Origin: Candidatus Berkelbacteria bacterium
GTDB lineage: Bacteria; Patescibacteriota; UBA1384; VFKW01
Reading direction: 5' to 3'
Length of the DNA stretch: 45,458 nucleotides
NCBI GenBank assembly: GCA_009885355.1
Contig: VFKW01000035.1
Coordinates: 1 to 45,458 of the forward strand
The position numbers and the translations under genes are program-made. The notes below the pieces were generated by a model that saw nothing but the letters and a program-made list of their open reading frames with translations, did no database searches and was not told the DNA's origin. Every line of letters begins with the position of its first letter. Positions within the stretch are counted from its first letter, which is position 1. This document shows, in pieces, positions 21,569-31,359 of the stretch.

Positions 21569-22927
21569 TTACTCTTTTATTGAAATAGTACGATTTTCTA
21601 GATAAAGCGTTGTGTTCAAACAATTAATCAGTTCGTGTTTTTGAGTTCTTGACCCCTTTTGAAAAATGTAATTGATGAAATCTGTTATGTCGACATCAGT
21701 TTTAATTACTGATGTCGCATTATTTAGATTATTCATCGCCGTTTTTATGACCATAAATTTATCTAATTCAGGCTTAAGTGTAGCCTTGGTTTCTATTTCT
21801 TCAATTGACACCTTTTGGAGTAAGTTTATTAATTGCTCAGTGAGTTTTTCTTCCCGAATATATGGTTCTCGGCAATCAAAATCCTTGAATTGCGAACAAT
21901 GGTAATAAACATATCTCTTAAGTTCACCGCTTTTATACCTTTTAAACTTCTCTTGAGCGGTTATGCCGGAGCCACAAGCGCCACATTTTAGTAATTTTGT
22001 GAAGGCAAATTCTTTCGTACCAGGCTTAGATTTACGCGGAATCATCATTTTCTTTTGAACAAGTTCGAATAACTCACGTGAAATTATTGCTTCATGGGAT
22101 CCGGGGTACCATTTACCACTATACTCAAATATTCCGCAATAATAGAGATTATTAAGCATCCGATAAATCATGCTGAGTGTGTATACTTTGCCACTTTTAG
22201 AGCGGAAGGTAGTTTCATTTTTGAACCAATCGTAAAGATTTCGACCAGAAAAACCTTCATAAGCAACTTTTTCGAAAGCCTGCTTGATGAATGGGGCTCG
22301 CTCTTTGTCTGTAAATACCTGCTTCTGGCCCTTGCCTGAATAATAGTCATTTAAATATCCCAGTGGCGCTTGATTTGGTCGATATCCGAGTTCACATTTA
22401 GTTTTCATTCCTCGCTTGACGTTTATGCCTCGATTATCATTCTCAAGCTTCGCTTGTGAACATAAAATCATAAGAAGAAATTTGTCATTTGGCGAATTTG
22501 TGAGCGCTTGACCATGAGCTCTTATCTCCTTTAAATATCCACTATCCATAAGATCAACGATTGAACCAAGATCTCCTGCATTTCGGCTCAATCTATCTGG
22601 AGCCCATGTTAGAATTCCTTGAAAAACCCCTTTTCTAATATCTTGAATCATCTGATTAAAGACGGGTCGAGCGCTAGAATTTTTAGCTGAATGACTTTCT
22701 CTTCGAATATCAGTGACATTTAAATCCTCGCTTTGTGCCACAATTGTCATCTCCTTAATCTGTGAATCGATCGATAATGCCTGTCTTTCATCATCTTCAC
22801 TCGATTTGCGTGCATAAAGGCAATAATTGACGACTTTGGCTCGAACTTCTGGCTTGTAAGGATTTACCAGTGATCCATTAATATTCTGGGGTAAAACCAG
22901 CGGGCTAGTATTGGTCAAATTTGACAT
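21569..22927 (-). CDS. Large serine recombinase
   Basis: 452 aa with an N-terminal resolvase-type catalytic domain (..YCLYARKSSEDDERQALSIDSQ..) and a recombinase domain. It also has a Cys-rich zinc-ribbon (..CGACGSGITAQEK..YVYYHC..). Confidence 0.88.
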   Translation of the reverse strand: MSNLTNTSPLVLPQNINGSLVNPYKPEVRAKVVNYCLYARKSSEDDERQALSIDSQIKEMTIVAQSEDLNVTDIRRESHSAKNSSARPVFNQMIQDIRKGVFQGILTWAPDRLSRNAGDLGSIVDLMDSGYLKEIRAHGQALTNSPNDKFLLMILCSQAKLENDNRGINVKRGMKTKCELGYRPNQAPLGYLNDYYSGKGQKQVFTDKERAPFIKQAFEKVAYEGFSGRNLYDWFKNETTFRSKSGKVYTLSMIYRMLNNLYYCGIFEYSGKWYPGSHEAIISRELFELVQKKMMIPRKSKPGTKEFAFTKLLKCGACGSGITAQEKFKRYKSGELKRYVYYHCSQFKDFDCREPYIREEKLTEQLINLLQKVSIEEIETKATLKPELDKFMVIKTAMNNLNNATSVIKTDVDITDFINYIFQKGSRTQKHELINCLNTTLYLENRTISIKE

Positions 22928-23048
22928 GATCCCTCCCTTTTAAGGTTAAATTGATCCTTGCGTAGGGTGCATCATACCGCCCTGGTTTATTAAGTCCAGA
23001 CCTAATATATCTGAACTTAAAAATAAGGTTTACCTAGCCCTTCTGAAG

Positions 23049-23057
23049 TGATATGAT
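23049..23057 (+). promoter_or_regulatory. Candidate extended -10 element upstream of hsdM
   Basis: TGATATGAT (TGnTATGAT) lies 35-43 nt before ATG 23092, and GAGGA is at 23081-23085. Pattern call only. Confidence 0.25.
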
Positions 23058-23091
23058 ACAGGTGTAATTTAGTAATCAATGAGGACTATTT

Positions 23092-24591
23092 ATGGCTAAT
23101 CTAAAAACGACTGTAAGTTTTGAGCAATCATTTAAAAATATCGACAATATACTTCACACCGATTCTGGTTGCGGCACTGAGCTTGATTATGTCGAGCAGA
23201 CTTCCTGGATTTTATTTTTGAAGTATTTAGATGACCTTGAAGAATCTAAAAAAACGGAAGCGGCTCTGGCGGGAAAATCATATGAGTATATTTTGTCTCC
23301 AGTGTATCGTTGGAATTCTTGGGCTTGCCCCAAAATTTTTGATAGTAAGTTAGACCATAATAAAGCCCTGGATGGTGATGATCTGAAAGAATTTGTAAAC
23401 GGTGATCTCTTCAACTATCTTAAAAAATTTAAAGCTGATGACCCAGATACAATTATTTATAAAATAGGTGAAATTTTTCATGAATTAAAAAACAAAATCT
23501 CCAGTGGATATAAATTAAGGGAAATTCTAAATATTGTTGATGGTATGCATTTTCGACTTCATGAAGAGAAACATGAACTTTCACATCTTTACGAGTCAAA
23601 AATTAAGAACATGGGAAATGCCGGTCGAAATGGTGGCGAATATTACACGCCTCGACCGCTTATCAAGACAATAGTCAAAGTAGTGGCGCCAAAGATCGGC
23701 GACACAATCTACGACGGAGCCTGTGGTAGTGCGGGATTCTTGGTAGAAGCATATAATTATCTCACGCAAAACCAATCTCAGCTTTCTTCAAGTCAGATGG
23801 AAAAACTTCAAACTAAAACTTTTTATGGTAAAGAAATAAAATCGCTTGCATATATTATCGGAATTATGAATATGATCTTACATGGAATAGAAGCGCCAAA
23901 TATTGAACATGTAAATACTTTAGCCAAGAATATCAATGATATTGAAGAAAAACATCGTTACGATATTGTTTTAGCTAATCCACCGTTTGGCGCAGGCATT
24001 GGTCGAGAAATCCAGCAGAATTTCCCAATAAAAACAGGTGAAACAGCTTTTCTCTTTCTCCAGCATTTCATTAAAATATTGAGAGCCGGAGGCAAGGCAG
24101 GTATAGTAATTAAAAATACTTTTCTATCAAACACTGACAATGCTTCGGTCTCACTCCGTAAGCTTCTCTTGGAAAATTGTAACCTTCATACTGTGCTTGA
24201 TTTGCCGGGCGGTGCTTTTCAAGGTGCAGGTGTAAAAACCGTAGTGCTGTTTTTTGAAAAAGGCGCGCCCACAAAAAAAGTTTGGTATTATCAACTCAAT
24301 CTAGCTCGCAATCTTGGCAAAGGCAACCCTCTAAATGAAATTGACCTAGCGGAATTCGTAGAACTTCAAAAAATCAGATCAGACAGCGGCAACAGCTGGT
24401 CGATAGATATATGTAATATTGATCAAAAAACATTTGACCTCTCTGTCAAAAACCCAAATAGAGAAGATAATAAAAAAACACGAGAACCCGGCAATATAAC
24501 TAAGGAAATCCAAGAGCTAGATGCTACAAGTAGTGATATCATTAAAAAAATATCAAATCTAATTAGTCAGGAAAATAATGAAACTTATTAA
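23092..24591 (+). CDS. hsdM: Type I R-M N6-adenine DNA methyltransferase subunit
   Basis: 499 aa with the AdoMet motif ..YDGACGSAGFL.. and catalytic NPPFG. It also has an HsdM-type N-terminal helical domain. Confidence 0.93.
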   Translation: MANLKTTVSFEQSFKNIDNILHTDSGCGTELDYVEQTSWILFLKYLDDLEESKKTEAALAGKSYEYILSPVYRWNSWACPKIFDSKLDHNKALDGDDLKEFVNGDLFNYLKKFKADDPDTIIYKIGEIFHELKNKISSGYKLREILNIVDGMHFRLHEEKHELSHLYESKIKNMGNAGRNGGEYYTPRPLIKTIVKVVAPKIGDTIYDGACGSAGFLVEAYNYLTQNQSQLSSSQMEKLQTKTFYGKEIKSLAYIIGIMNMILHGIEAPNIEHVNTLAKNINDIEEKHRYDIVLANPPFGAGIGREIQQNFPIKTGETAFLFLQHFIKILRAGGKAGIVIKNTFLSNTDNASVSLRKLLLENCNLHTVLDLPGGAFQGAGVKTVVLFFEKGAPTKKVWYYQLNLARNLGKGNPLNEIDLAEFVELQKIRSDSGNSWSIDICNIDQKTFDLSVKNPNREDNKKTREPGNITKEIQELDATSSDIIKKISNLISQENNETY

Positions 24592-26005
24592 AGTTAGAAT
24601 TAAAAATTATAGAAGTGTTGAAGAGCTAGCTTTTGAAATTAAACCTCTTGATGATAGAACATTTACTTATGGATTAATAGGAGTTAATGAGGCGGGGAAA
24701 TCAACGATTTTAAAAGCGCTCGCCTTGAAGGACAAGCTTAAAAACGAAAGGGGGGAACCCCTACCTCACTTAAAAGATTTTAAAAATCCTCTAGATCCTA
24801 TTGAAATAATTTATGATTACGAATTAGATTCTGTCGAGGTTAAAGAATGTAAGGATTATTTGGCTAAAGAAAAAGAGACAATCATTTTAGATGGGGTAAC
24901 CTTTAGTTCTATTCAATTAGATATAGTTTTTAACCCTGAGTCACCTAATGAACCTTTGCCAATTTTAAGCATCTCAGATTTATCAGAAACTGAGTCTCGA
25001 GAAGAAATAGAATTAGCCTTAACAGAACACATTTTAAACAAAATGCACAAATCAATCTTCTGGACAGCTGAAGACCGATATTTATTATCACAGCCGATAA
25101 ATTTATCAACTTTTGCAAGTGACCCAGATATAATTTCAATCCCTTTAAGAAATTGCTTTGCGCTAGCAGGAATTAACGGTCAAGCTGAAATTGCAAGGAA
25201 AATTTCTATGATATCTGATTCGACAGAAAGAGAATATTTGGAAGACATTCTAGGTGAAAAAGTTACTGAACATATTCAAACTGCTTGGCCAATGCATAGA
25301 ATAAAGATTACATTTGATATATCAGATGGTTTGATAAATTTTCACATTCATGACCTTGAGGCGAAAGAGAGGGCAAAAACTGCCGATCAGAGAAGCGATG
25401 GATTCAAGCAATTTATTTCTTTCTTACTAACGATTTCTGCTGAAAATAAAAGTAATGTGTTGCGCCAGTCGATTCTTTTATTGGATGAGCCAGAAACACA
25501 CCTCCACCCTCAGGCGCAAGAAGACTTGCTAAAAGAACTTACTGATATAACGAATAATGATCGAGATAATATTGTATTTTTTGCAACTCACTCAAATTAT
25601 ATGATTGACAAAGATGACCTAAGCCGAAATTATCGAATTACTAAAATTGGCGGTAAAACCGAAAAGATCCAACTTGATAAAAAAAATTCTACATACGCTA
25701 GTGTTACCTATGAAGCTTTTGAAATTTCAAGTACCGATTATCATAACCAGCTATACGATACTCTTCGAGAAAAATATGCCTCTAATATTAATAAAGACCT
25801 CGACGGAGTTAGTATCTTGGAATTTGATAGATTTTTAATACAAGATAAAAAATTAAAAGCATCTTTCCCATTTAAAAACAAAGACAATTGGGTAGCACTG
25901 CCGACATATGTCCGTAATGCAATACATTATCCAGCAAATAAAGATAAAAATTTTGATAAGCATCTAAAAGAATCCATTGACTTAATGAGATCGTATGAAG
26001 AATAA
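24578..26005 (+). CDS. ABC/SMC-type P-loop ATPase embedded between hsdM and hsdS
   Basis: 475 aa with Walker A GVNEAGKST and a Walker B/D-loop LLLDEPETHLHP. It overlaps hsdM by 14 nt and hsdS by 11 nt. The C-terminal ~110 aa are unassigned. Confidence 0.8.
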   Translation: MKLIKVRIKNYRSVEELAFEIKPLDDRTFTYGLIGVNEAGKSTILKALALKDKLKNERGEPLPHLKDFKNPLDPIEIIYDYELDSVEVKECKDYLAKEKETIILDGVTFSSIQLDIVFNPESPNEPLPILSISDLSETESREEIELALTEHILNKMHKSIFWTAEDRYLLSQPINLSTFASDPDIISIPLRNCFALAGINGQAEIARKISMISDSTEREYLEDILGEKVTEHIQTAWPMHRIKITFDISDGLINFHIHDLEAKERAKTADQRSDGFKQFISFLLTISAENKSNVLRQSILLLDEPETHLHPQAQEDLLKELTDITNNDRDNIVFFATHSNYMIDKDDLSRNYRITKIGGKTEKIQLDKKNSTYASVTYEAFEISSTDYHNQLYDTLREKYASNINKDLDGVSILEFDRFLIQDKKLKASFPFKNKDNWVALPTYVRNAIHYPANKDKNFDKHLKESIDLMRSYEE

Positions 26006-27164
26006 TTGGCATAATAAAAAAATCAGAGATGTATGTAAGGTAATCGCTGGCCAATCACCAGAGGGAAAATTTTACAATACCCAGGGTGATGGATTACCTT
26101 TTTATCAAGGCAAAAAGGAGTTCGGCAAAAAACATATTGGACCGCCTAAAGTATGGACAACTTATACTACAAAAGAGGCGTATCAAGGAGATATTTTAAT
26201 GTCAGTGCGTGCGCCAGTCGGTCCAGTAAATTACGCAACAGAAAAAATTTGCATCGGCCGGGGGCTTGCTGTAATCAGAGCAAACGAAAAAATATTACCT
26301 GAATTTCTTTTTTACTTCCTAACGTTTAACGAAAATAAAATTTCCTGCAACATTGGCGCTGTTTTCCCTTCAATAAACAAAGCTCAAATAGGAAATATTG
26401 AAATTTCTATCCCCCCCATTGAAGAACAGAAAAGAATTGTGAAAATTTTGGACGAGGTTTTTGAAAATATTGCCAAAGCGAAAGAAAATACTGAAAAAAA
26501 TCTTCAGAATACTAAAGAACTTTTTGAGTCGTACTTGCAGAGTGTTTTTGCAAATTCTGAGAATAATTGGGAAGAGGAAACTCTTGGCAATGTTAGTGAA
26601 CTAGTATCAAGAGGCGTTTCGCCTAAATATATTGAATTGAATGGACTCTGTGTTTTAAATCAAAAATGCATACGAGACCATAAAATAAATTTTGCTTTTT
26701 CTCGACTTCATGATCTTGAAAACAAAAGTGTTAGTGTTGAAAAATATATTCAAACTGGTGATGTATTAGTTAACTCAACTGGTACAGGTACGCTTGGCAG
26801 AGTAGCGCAAGTTAGGGAGATGGGTACAAATGCTACCGTTGATTCTCATATCACAATTGTTCGGCCAATAAAAAATCTATTTTATAATGAGTTTTTTGGT
26901 TGGGTGCTTGTGCATATTGAAGAGGAAATTGCAAAAAGAGGCCATGGCTGTGGAGGACAAACGGAATTAGCAAGGAATACATTGAAAAATGATTTTAAAA
27001 TTTCTTATCCAAAATCTTTTTCCGAACAAAAAACTATAGTTGTAAAACTTGATTCCCTTTCTGAGCAAACAAAAAAACTTAAAGAAACTTACAAAAAAAA
27101 ACTTGAATTATTAGATGAGCTGAAAAAATCTATTCTTAAAAAAGCGTTTGACGGAAAATTATAA
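25995..27164 (+). CDS. hsdS: Type I R-M specificity subunit
   Basis: 389 aa with two target-recognition halves, each followed by a conserved helical spacer (..PPIEEQKRIVKILDEVF.. and ..SFSEQKTIVVKLDSLSEQTKKLKE..). Confidence 0.9.
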   Translation: MKNNWHNKKIRDVCKVIAGQSPEGKFYNTQGDGLPFYQGKKEFGKKHIGPPKVWTTYTTKEAYQGDILMSVRAPVGPVNYATEKICIGRGLAVIRANEKILPEFLFYFLTFNENKISCNIGAVFPSINKAQIGNIEISIPPIEEQKRIVKILDEVFENIAKAKENTEKNLQNTKELFESYLQSVFANSENNWEEETLGNVSELVSRGVSPKYIELNGLCVLNQKCIRDHKINFAFSRLHDLENKSVSVEKYIQTGDVLVNSTGTGTLGRVAQVREMGTNATVDSHITIVRPIKNLFYNEFFGWVLVHIEEEIAKRGHGCGGQTELARNTLKNDFKISYPKSFSEQKTIVVKLDSLSEQTKKLKETYKKKLELLDELKKSILKKAFDGKL

Positions 27165-27173
27165 GGGGTAAAA

Positions 27174-29519
27174 ATGAATGAAGCAGAGACACGAGCGGAA
27201 TATATTGATCCAAAACTAAAATCTAGCGGCTGGGGCGAAATCGAAGGATCAAAAGTTCTGCGTGAATTTCGTATAACCGACGGCAAGATACAAACTGGCG
27301 GAATGCGTGGCAAGCCGGAAATTGCCGACTATATTTTGGTCTATAAAAATCATAAGATTGGCGTGATTGAAGCTAAGGCGGAGAATTTATCAGCGACTGA
27401 AGGCGTAGCTCAGGCCCAATCATATGCCGATAAATTAAAAATTGATTACACTTACTCCACCAATGGCAAAGAAATCTATGAAATAAATATGAAAACCGGG
27501 AAAGAATGGTCTCCTGAAAGGTTCCCGACTCCAGATGAATTATGGAACGCCACCTTCTCAGATCGAAATGATTGGAAAGAAAAATTTATCAATATACCTA
27601 ATGAAGGCGAATACGGTAAACGTTATTACCAGGAAATTGCTATTAATAATGTGTTGAGTGCGATTACAGAAGATAAAAAAAGAATTCTCTTAACTATGGC
27701 GACTGGCACTGGAAAAACAGCAGTTGCATTTCAGATTGCCTGGAAACTTTTTCAAACACGCTGGAATTTAAAACATGATGGCTCTCGCCGTCCGAGGATA
27801 TTGTTTTTAGCAGACAGAAATATTCTAGCCGACCAAGCATTTAATGCTTTTTCAGCTTTTGATAAAGATGCGCTTATTCGGATTAACCCATTAGATATTC
27901 GCAAAAAAGGCGGCGTGCCAATGAGCGGAAGTGTTTATTTCACAATATTTCAAACCTTTATGAGCGGTAAAAACGGATCATCATACTTTGGCGAATACCC
28001 AACAGATTTTTTTGATTTTATTATTATTGATGAGTGCCACCGAGGTGGTGCAAATGATGAGGGAAATTGGCGTGGGATTTTAGATTATTTTTCTCCTGCA
28101 GTTCAACTTGGTCTTACTGCCACGCCAAAGCGCCAAGATAACGCTGATACATATAAGTATTTTGGTGATCCTGTTTACACCTATTCACTTAAAGAAGGTG
28201 TAAACGATGGCTTTTTAACTCCCTTCAAAGTGAAAAGAATCCAAACAACATTAGATCAGTATATCTATACATCCGACGATCAAGTTATTGAGGGTGAAGT
28301 GGAAGAAGGCAAAATTTATGAGGAAGATGATTTTGCCCAGGGCAATATTCAGATATTAGAAAGAGAACGAAATAGGGTACGGATAATTCTTGATGAGATA
28401 AACCAAAATGAAAAAACGATTATTTTTTGCGCTACTCAAGGGCATGCATTATTGGTTCGTGACCTCATAAATCAATTAAAAAAGAGTAAGGATCCGTATT
28501 ATTGTGTAAGGGTAACCGCCAACGACGGATTTCGGGGTGAGCAATTTTTACGAGAATTCCAAGATAATGAAAAGACGATCCCAACTATTCTGACAACTTC
28601 ACAAAAACTTTCCACCGGTGTGGATGCTCGTAATATTCGAAATATCGTTTTAATGAGACCTGTGAATTCTATGATTGAATTCAAACAAATTATCGGTCGT
28701 GGTACAAGACTTTTCGACGGTAAAGAATATTTTACAATTTACGATTTTGTTGATGCTTATCACCATTTCCTTGACAAAGAATGGGACGGAGAACCTATAG
28801 ATGAGATTTGTTTAAAATGTGGCCAAGATCCGTGTATGTGTGAAGATAAGCCACCTAAAGAGCCAACATACCAACGGCCCCCGAAGCCATGTTCTAAATG
28901 TGGGAAAAATCCTTGTGAGTGCATAGTTGAACCGCCTGGCCAAAAATTAAAAATTAAATTGCGTGATGGTAAAGAAAGAGAAATTCAGCATATGATTTCA
29001 ACATCATTCTGGGATGTGAGCGGTAAACCTATTTCAGAGGAAGAGTTCATGCAAAATATGCTTGGAGACATGCCTGAATTTATAGAAAATGAGGGAGAGC
29101 TGAGAGAAATTTGGTCTGACCCAATAACTCGTATGGAATTTTTAGGGAAGATTGCCGAAATCGGATACGGTAAAGACGAATTAGAAACATTACAAAAGGT
29201 AGTAAATGCCGAAAAATCTGATCTATTCGATGTATTTAATTATATTTTATTTTGTGTGCCAAAAGTATTAAGGACAGAAAGAGTAGAGAAATCTAAAAAT
29301 AAGATCTTAGACAAATTAGATATTAAACAAAAAGAATTTATAGAGTTCGTCTTGGAAAAATATATTGAAAAAGGTGTCGAGGAATTAGATGAAGAAAAAC
29401 TGCCGATATTGTTAAATTTGAAATATCACGCAATCGCAAATGCAGAACAGGAACTAGGTAGTGTAGAGAATATTCGCTCAACATTCTTCGAATTTCAGAA
29501 AAATTTGTATGCTAGATAA
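27174..29519 (+). CDS. hsdR: Type I R-M restriction (helicase-nuclease) subunit
   Basis: 781 aa with an HsdR-type N-terminus (..AETRAEYIDPKLKSSGWG..). Helicase motif I is MATGTGKT and motif II is DECHRG. The C-terminus is EcoEI_R_C-like (..SDLFDVFNYILF..), and there is a Cys-rich insert at 28809-28922. Confidence 0.93.
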   Translation: MNEAETRAEYIDPKLKSSGWGEIEGSKVLREFRITDGKIQTGGMRGKPEIADYILVYKNHKIGVIEAKAENLSATEGVAQAQSYADKLKIDYTYSTNGKEIYEINMKTGKEWSPERFPTPDELWNATFSDRNDWKEKFINIPNEGEYGKRYYQEIAINNVLSAITEDKKRILLTMATGTGKTAVAFQIAWKLFQTRWNLKHDGSRRPRILFLADRNILADQAFNAFSAFDKDALIRINPLDIRKKGGVPMSGSVYFTIFQTFMSGKNGSSYFGEYPTDFFDFIIIDECHRGGANDEGNWRGILDYFSPAVQLGLTATPKRQDNADTYKYFGDPVYTYSLKEGVNDGFLTPFKVKRIQTTLDQYIYTSDDQVIEGEVEEGKIYEEDDFAQGNIQILERERNRVRIILDEINQNEKTIIFCATQGHALLVRDLINQLKKSKDPYYCVRVTANDGFRGEQFLREFQDNEKTIPTILTTSQKLSTGVDARNIRNIVLMRPVNSMIEFKQIIGRGTRLFDGKEYFTIYDFVDAYHHFLDKEWDGEPIDEICLKCGQDPCMCEDKPPKEPTYQRPPKPCSKCGKNPCECIVEPPGQKLKIKLRDGKEREIQHMISTSFWDVSGKPISEEEFMQNMLGDMPEFIENEGELREIWSDPITRMEFLGKIAEIGYGKDELETLQKVVNAEKSDLFDVFNYILFCVPKVLRTERVEKSKNKILDKLDIKQKEFIEFVLEKYIEKGVEELDEEKLPILLNLKYHAIANAEQELGSVENIRSTFFEFQKNLYAR

Positions 29520-29549
29520 TACTAATTAAATACTTTACAAGGAGCTGAA

Positions 29550-30122
29550 ATGTGGTTTAAGAAAAAAAGTCAACTTACTAAATCTAAATGTGGAGAAATT
29601 ACTTTTGATTTCTACAATAGCTATTATTTATTTAAATGTGACATCCCAGAAAATGATGATAAAAACGTATATTTGACAGCATGTTTCATTGCTATGTGTA
29701 GAATAGAAAAAGAGCTTTGTGAAGAAACATACAGCATCGTTAGTTCTTTTTTGGTTAATTCAATGCTCAATCCGATCAAGAATCCAGATAAATATCTTTA
29801 TAAATTTTATGATGCCCTCGAAGGAAGACTGACAATTAAACAATTAAAAGAAATAAACACTCTCGGGCATTCTGTTACTTCGATTGAAGTACCATTAACC
29901 GAAACAAAGAAGAAACCGGAAACTCCTTTTATAACTCAATGTAAAATTGGCATTTACAAAACAGAAGAAGGGTTGGAGACAAAATATTTAAATACCAACA
30001 AAAAACTCGACTATATATTAATGCCGATAGTAATTACTAGGCTGTTTGTTTACATCCAAAATATTCTACCAGTTGAAGACAGAGATATTTTTTATAAAAC
30101 AACCACTGATTTTATAGATTAA
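29550..30122 (+). CDS. Hypothetical protein, 3' passenger of the R-M operon
   Basis: 190 aa. AAGGAG lies 5 nt before the ATG, which is 30 nt after the hsdR stop, and a hairpin follows at 30141-30165. No domain recognised. Confidence 0.6.
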   Translation: MWFKKKSQLTKSKCGEITFDFYNSYYLFKCDIPENDDKNVYLTACFIAMCRIEKELCEETYSIVSSFLVNSMLNPIKNPDKYLYKFYDALEGRLTIKQLKEINTLGHSVTSIEVPLTETKKKPETPFITQCKIGIYKTEEGLETKYLNTNKKLDYILMPIVITRLFVYIQNILPVEDRDIFYKTTTDFID

Positions 30123-30140
30123 CCTTAAGATTACGAAAAG

Positions 30141-30165
30141 TAAATAGGGGACAGTCCCCTATTTA
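30141..30165 (+). terminator. Hairpin after the 29550 gene
   Basis: TAAATAGGGGAC-A-GTCCCCTATTTA is a near-perfect palindrome (about 10 bp of usable stem). No strong T-tract follows. Confidence 0.45.
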
Positions 30166-30197
30166 TCATCGGATTTATAAGGTGATAAGGATCTACT

Positions 30198-30932
30198 ATG
30201 AACCCGCCAGATTTTACCTTAGACAAAATTAAATTTGCAACAGATGAATCGACTTTTGACAAAGCGGCTGTTTTATATTCCAAAGGTAAGGTAACCCAAA
30301 TAACGGAAGGAATAAGATCATACTCGGGAATTGTACTAGGCACCAAACCCTATCGAGTATCAGTCGAGGCACGAGATTTTAGATATGCCACATGTGACTG
30401 TTATTTAGGGAAAAGGGATACTTTATGCAAGCACATGATTGCCTTGGCATTATATGTCGTTAAAGACGGTAAGCCATTATCCGACGGAGAAGCTAAATCA
30501 ATTTCAACACCAAGTTGCAGCGGAATAGCCCGTCCAATATCTGATGAAGAGTTGGCCGAATCTAAAGAGCAAGTAGCCAAAGCGATGCGATATATAAAAC
30601 CATATAACGGCCCATCGAGAACTTGGGAAGCTAGCCAAAACTCACTTGAAGAAGGATGCAAAAGACTATCGGTAATAATAACAGAATTACCTGTTACCCA
30701 AGATATGGCAAAATTGCTTGTTGATATGTTACTTAGACTTGATCGCAAGCTACAAACAGGCGGTGTTGATGATTCCAATGGGATTGTCGGTGGATTTATC
30801 CAAGAAGCCGTCACCATATTACTGGAATTTGCACGTCTCGATCCGACTTGTAAAAAAGCCTTTTCTAAGTTGGCTACTGCAAGTACTTGTTTCGGCTGGG
30901 AAGAGCCCCTGGTCCAGTTAATCGAAAACTAA
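30198..30932 (+). CDS. SWIM zinc-finger protein
   Basis: 244 aa. CDCYLGKRDTLCKHMIAL matches the CxCx(n)CxH SWIM signature. The remainder is helical and unassigned. Confidence 0.75.
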   Translation: MNPPDFTLDKIKFATDESTFDKAAVLYSKGKVTQITEGIRSYSGIVLGTKPYRVSVEARDFRYATCDCYLGKRDTLCKHMIALALYVVKDGKPLSDGEAKSISTPSCSGIARPISDEELAESKEQVAKAMRYIKPYNGPSRTWEASQNSLEEGCKRLSVIITELPVTQDMAKLLVDMLLRLDRKLQTGGVDDSNGIVGGFIQEAVTILLEFARLDPTCKKAFSKLATASTCFGWEEPLVQLIEN

Positions 30933-30937
30933 TTTAT

Positions 30938-31324
30938 TTAACATCTTGTTTGCCCCAGCAGACCCGTCACTCTTTTTACTAGTTCATCTGGCATAATATC
31001 AATTTTGAGAATATAATCGTCCGCTTTATCAGTAATTGTTTGTTCTTGTCCGCTGACAAAATTCAATGCAGTTAGGACGACAACTTTAATATCTTTTGTC
31101 TTTGGGTTATTCTTAACAATTCCCAATAATTCATCACCTTGCATCTTTGGAAGCATAATGTCTAAAAGAATAGCGTCAGGTAAATATTCTTTATTAAGCA
31201 TCTCGATCGCTTTTTCGGCTGAAGCTGCGATTTTGACTTCCCAATCGGCATATTCAAAGCGCATTTTATACATATCACTACAGCCTTTGCTGTCATCGAC
31301 GATTAATAATTTGTGAGCCACCAT
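30938..31324 (-). CDS. Stand-alone response-regulator receiver domain
   Basis: 128 aa with an acidic pocket (LLIVDDS), the phospho-acceptor context AILLDIMLP, VVVLTA and ..ADDYILK... There is no output domain. Confidence 0.88.
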   Translation of the reverse strand: MVAHKLLIVDDSKGCSDMYKMRFEYADWEVKIAASAEKAIEMLNKEYLPDAILLDIMLPKMQGDELLGIVKNNPKTKDIKVVVLTALNFVSGQEQTITDKADDYILKIDIMPDELVKRVTGLLGQTRC

Positions 31325-31359
31325 AACTCCTTATTTGAAAAATTAATCTTTTAAGTCAT

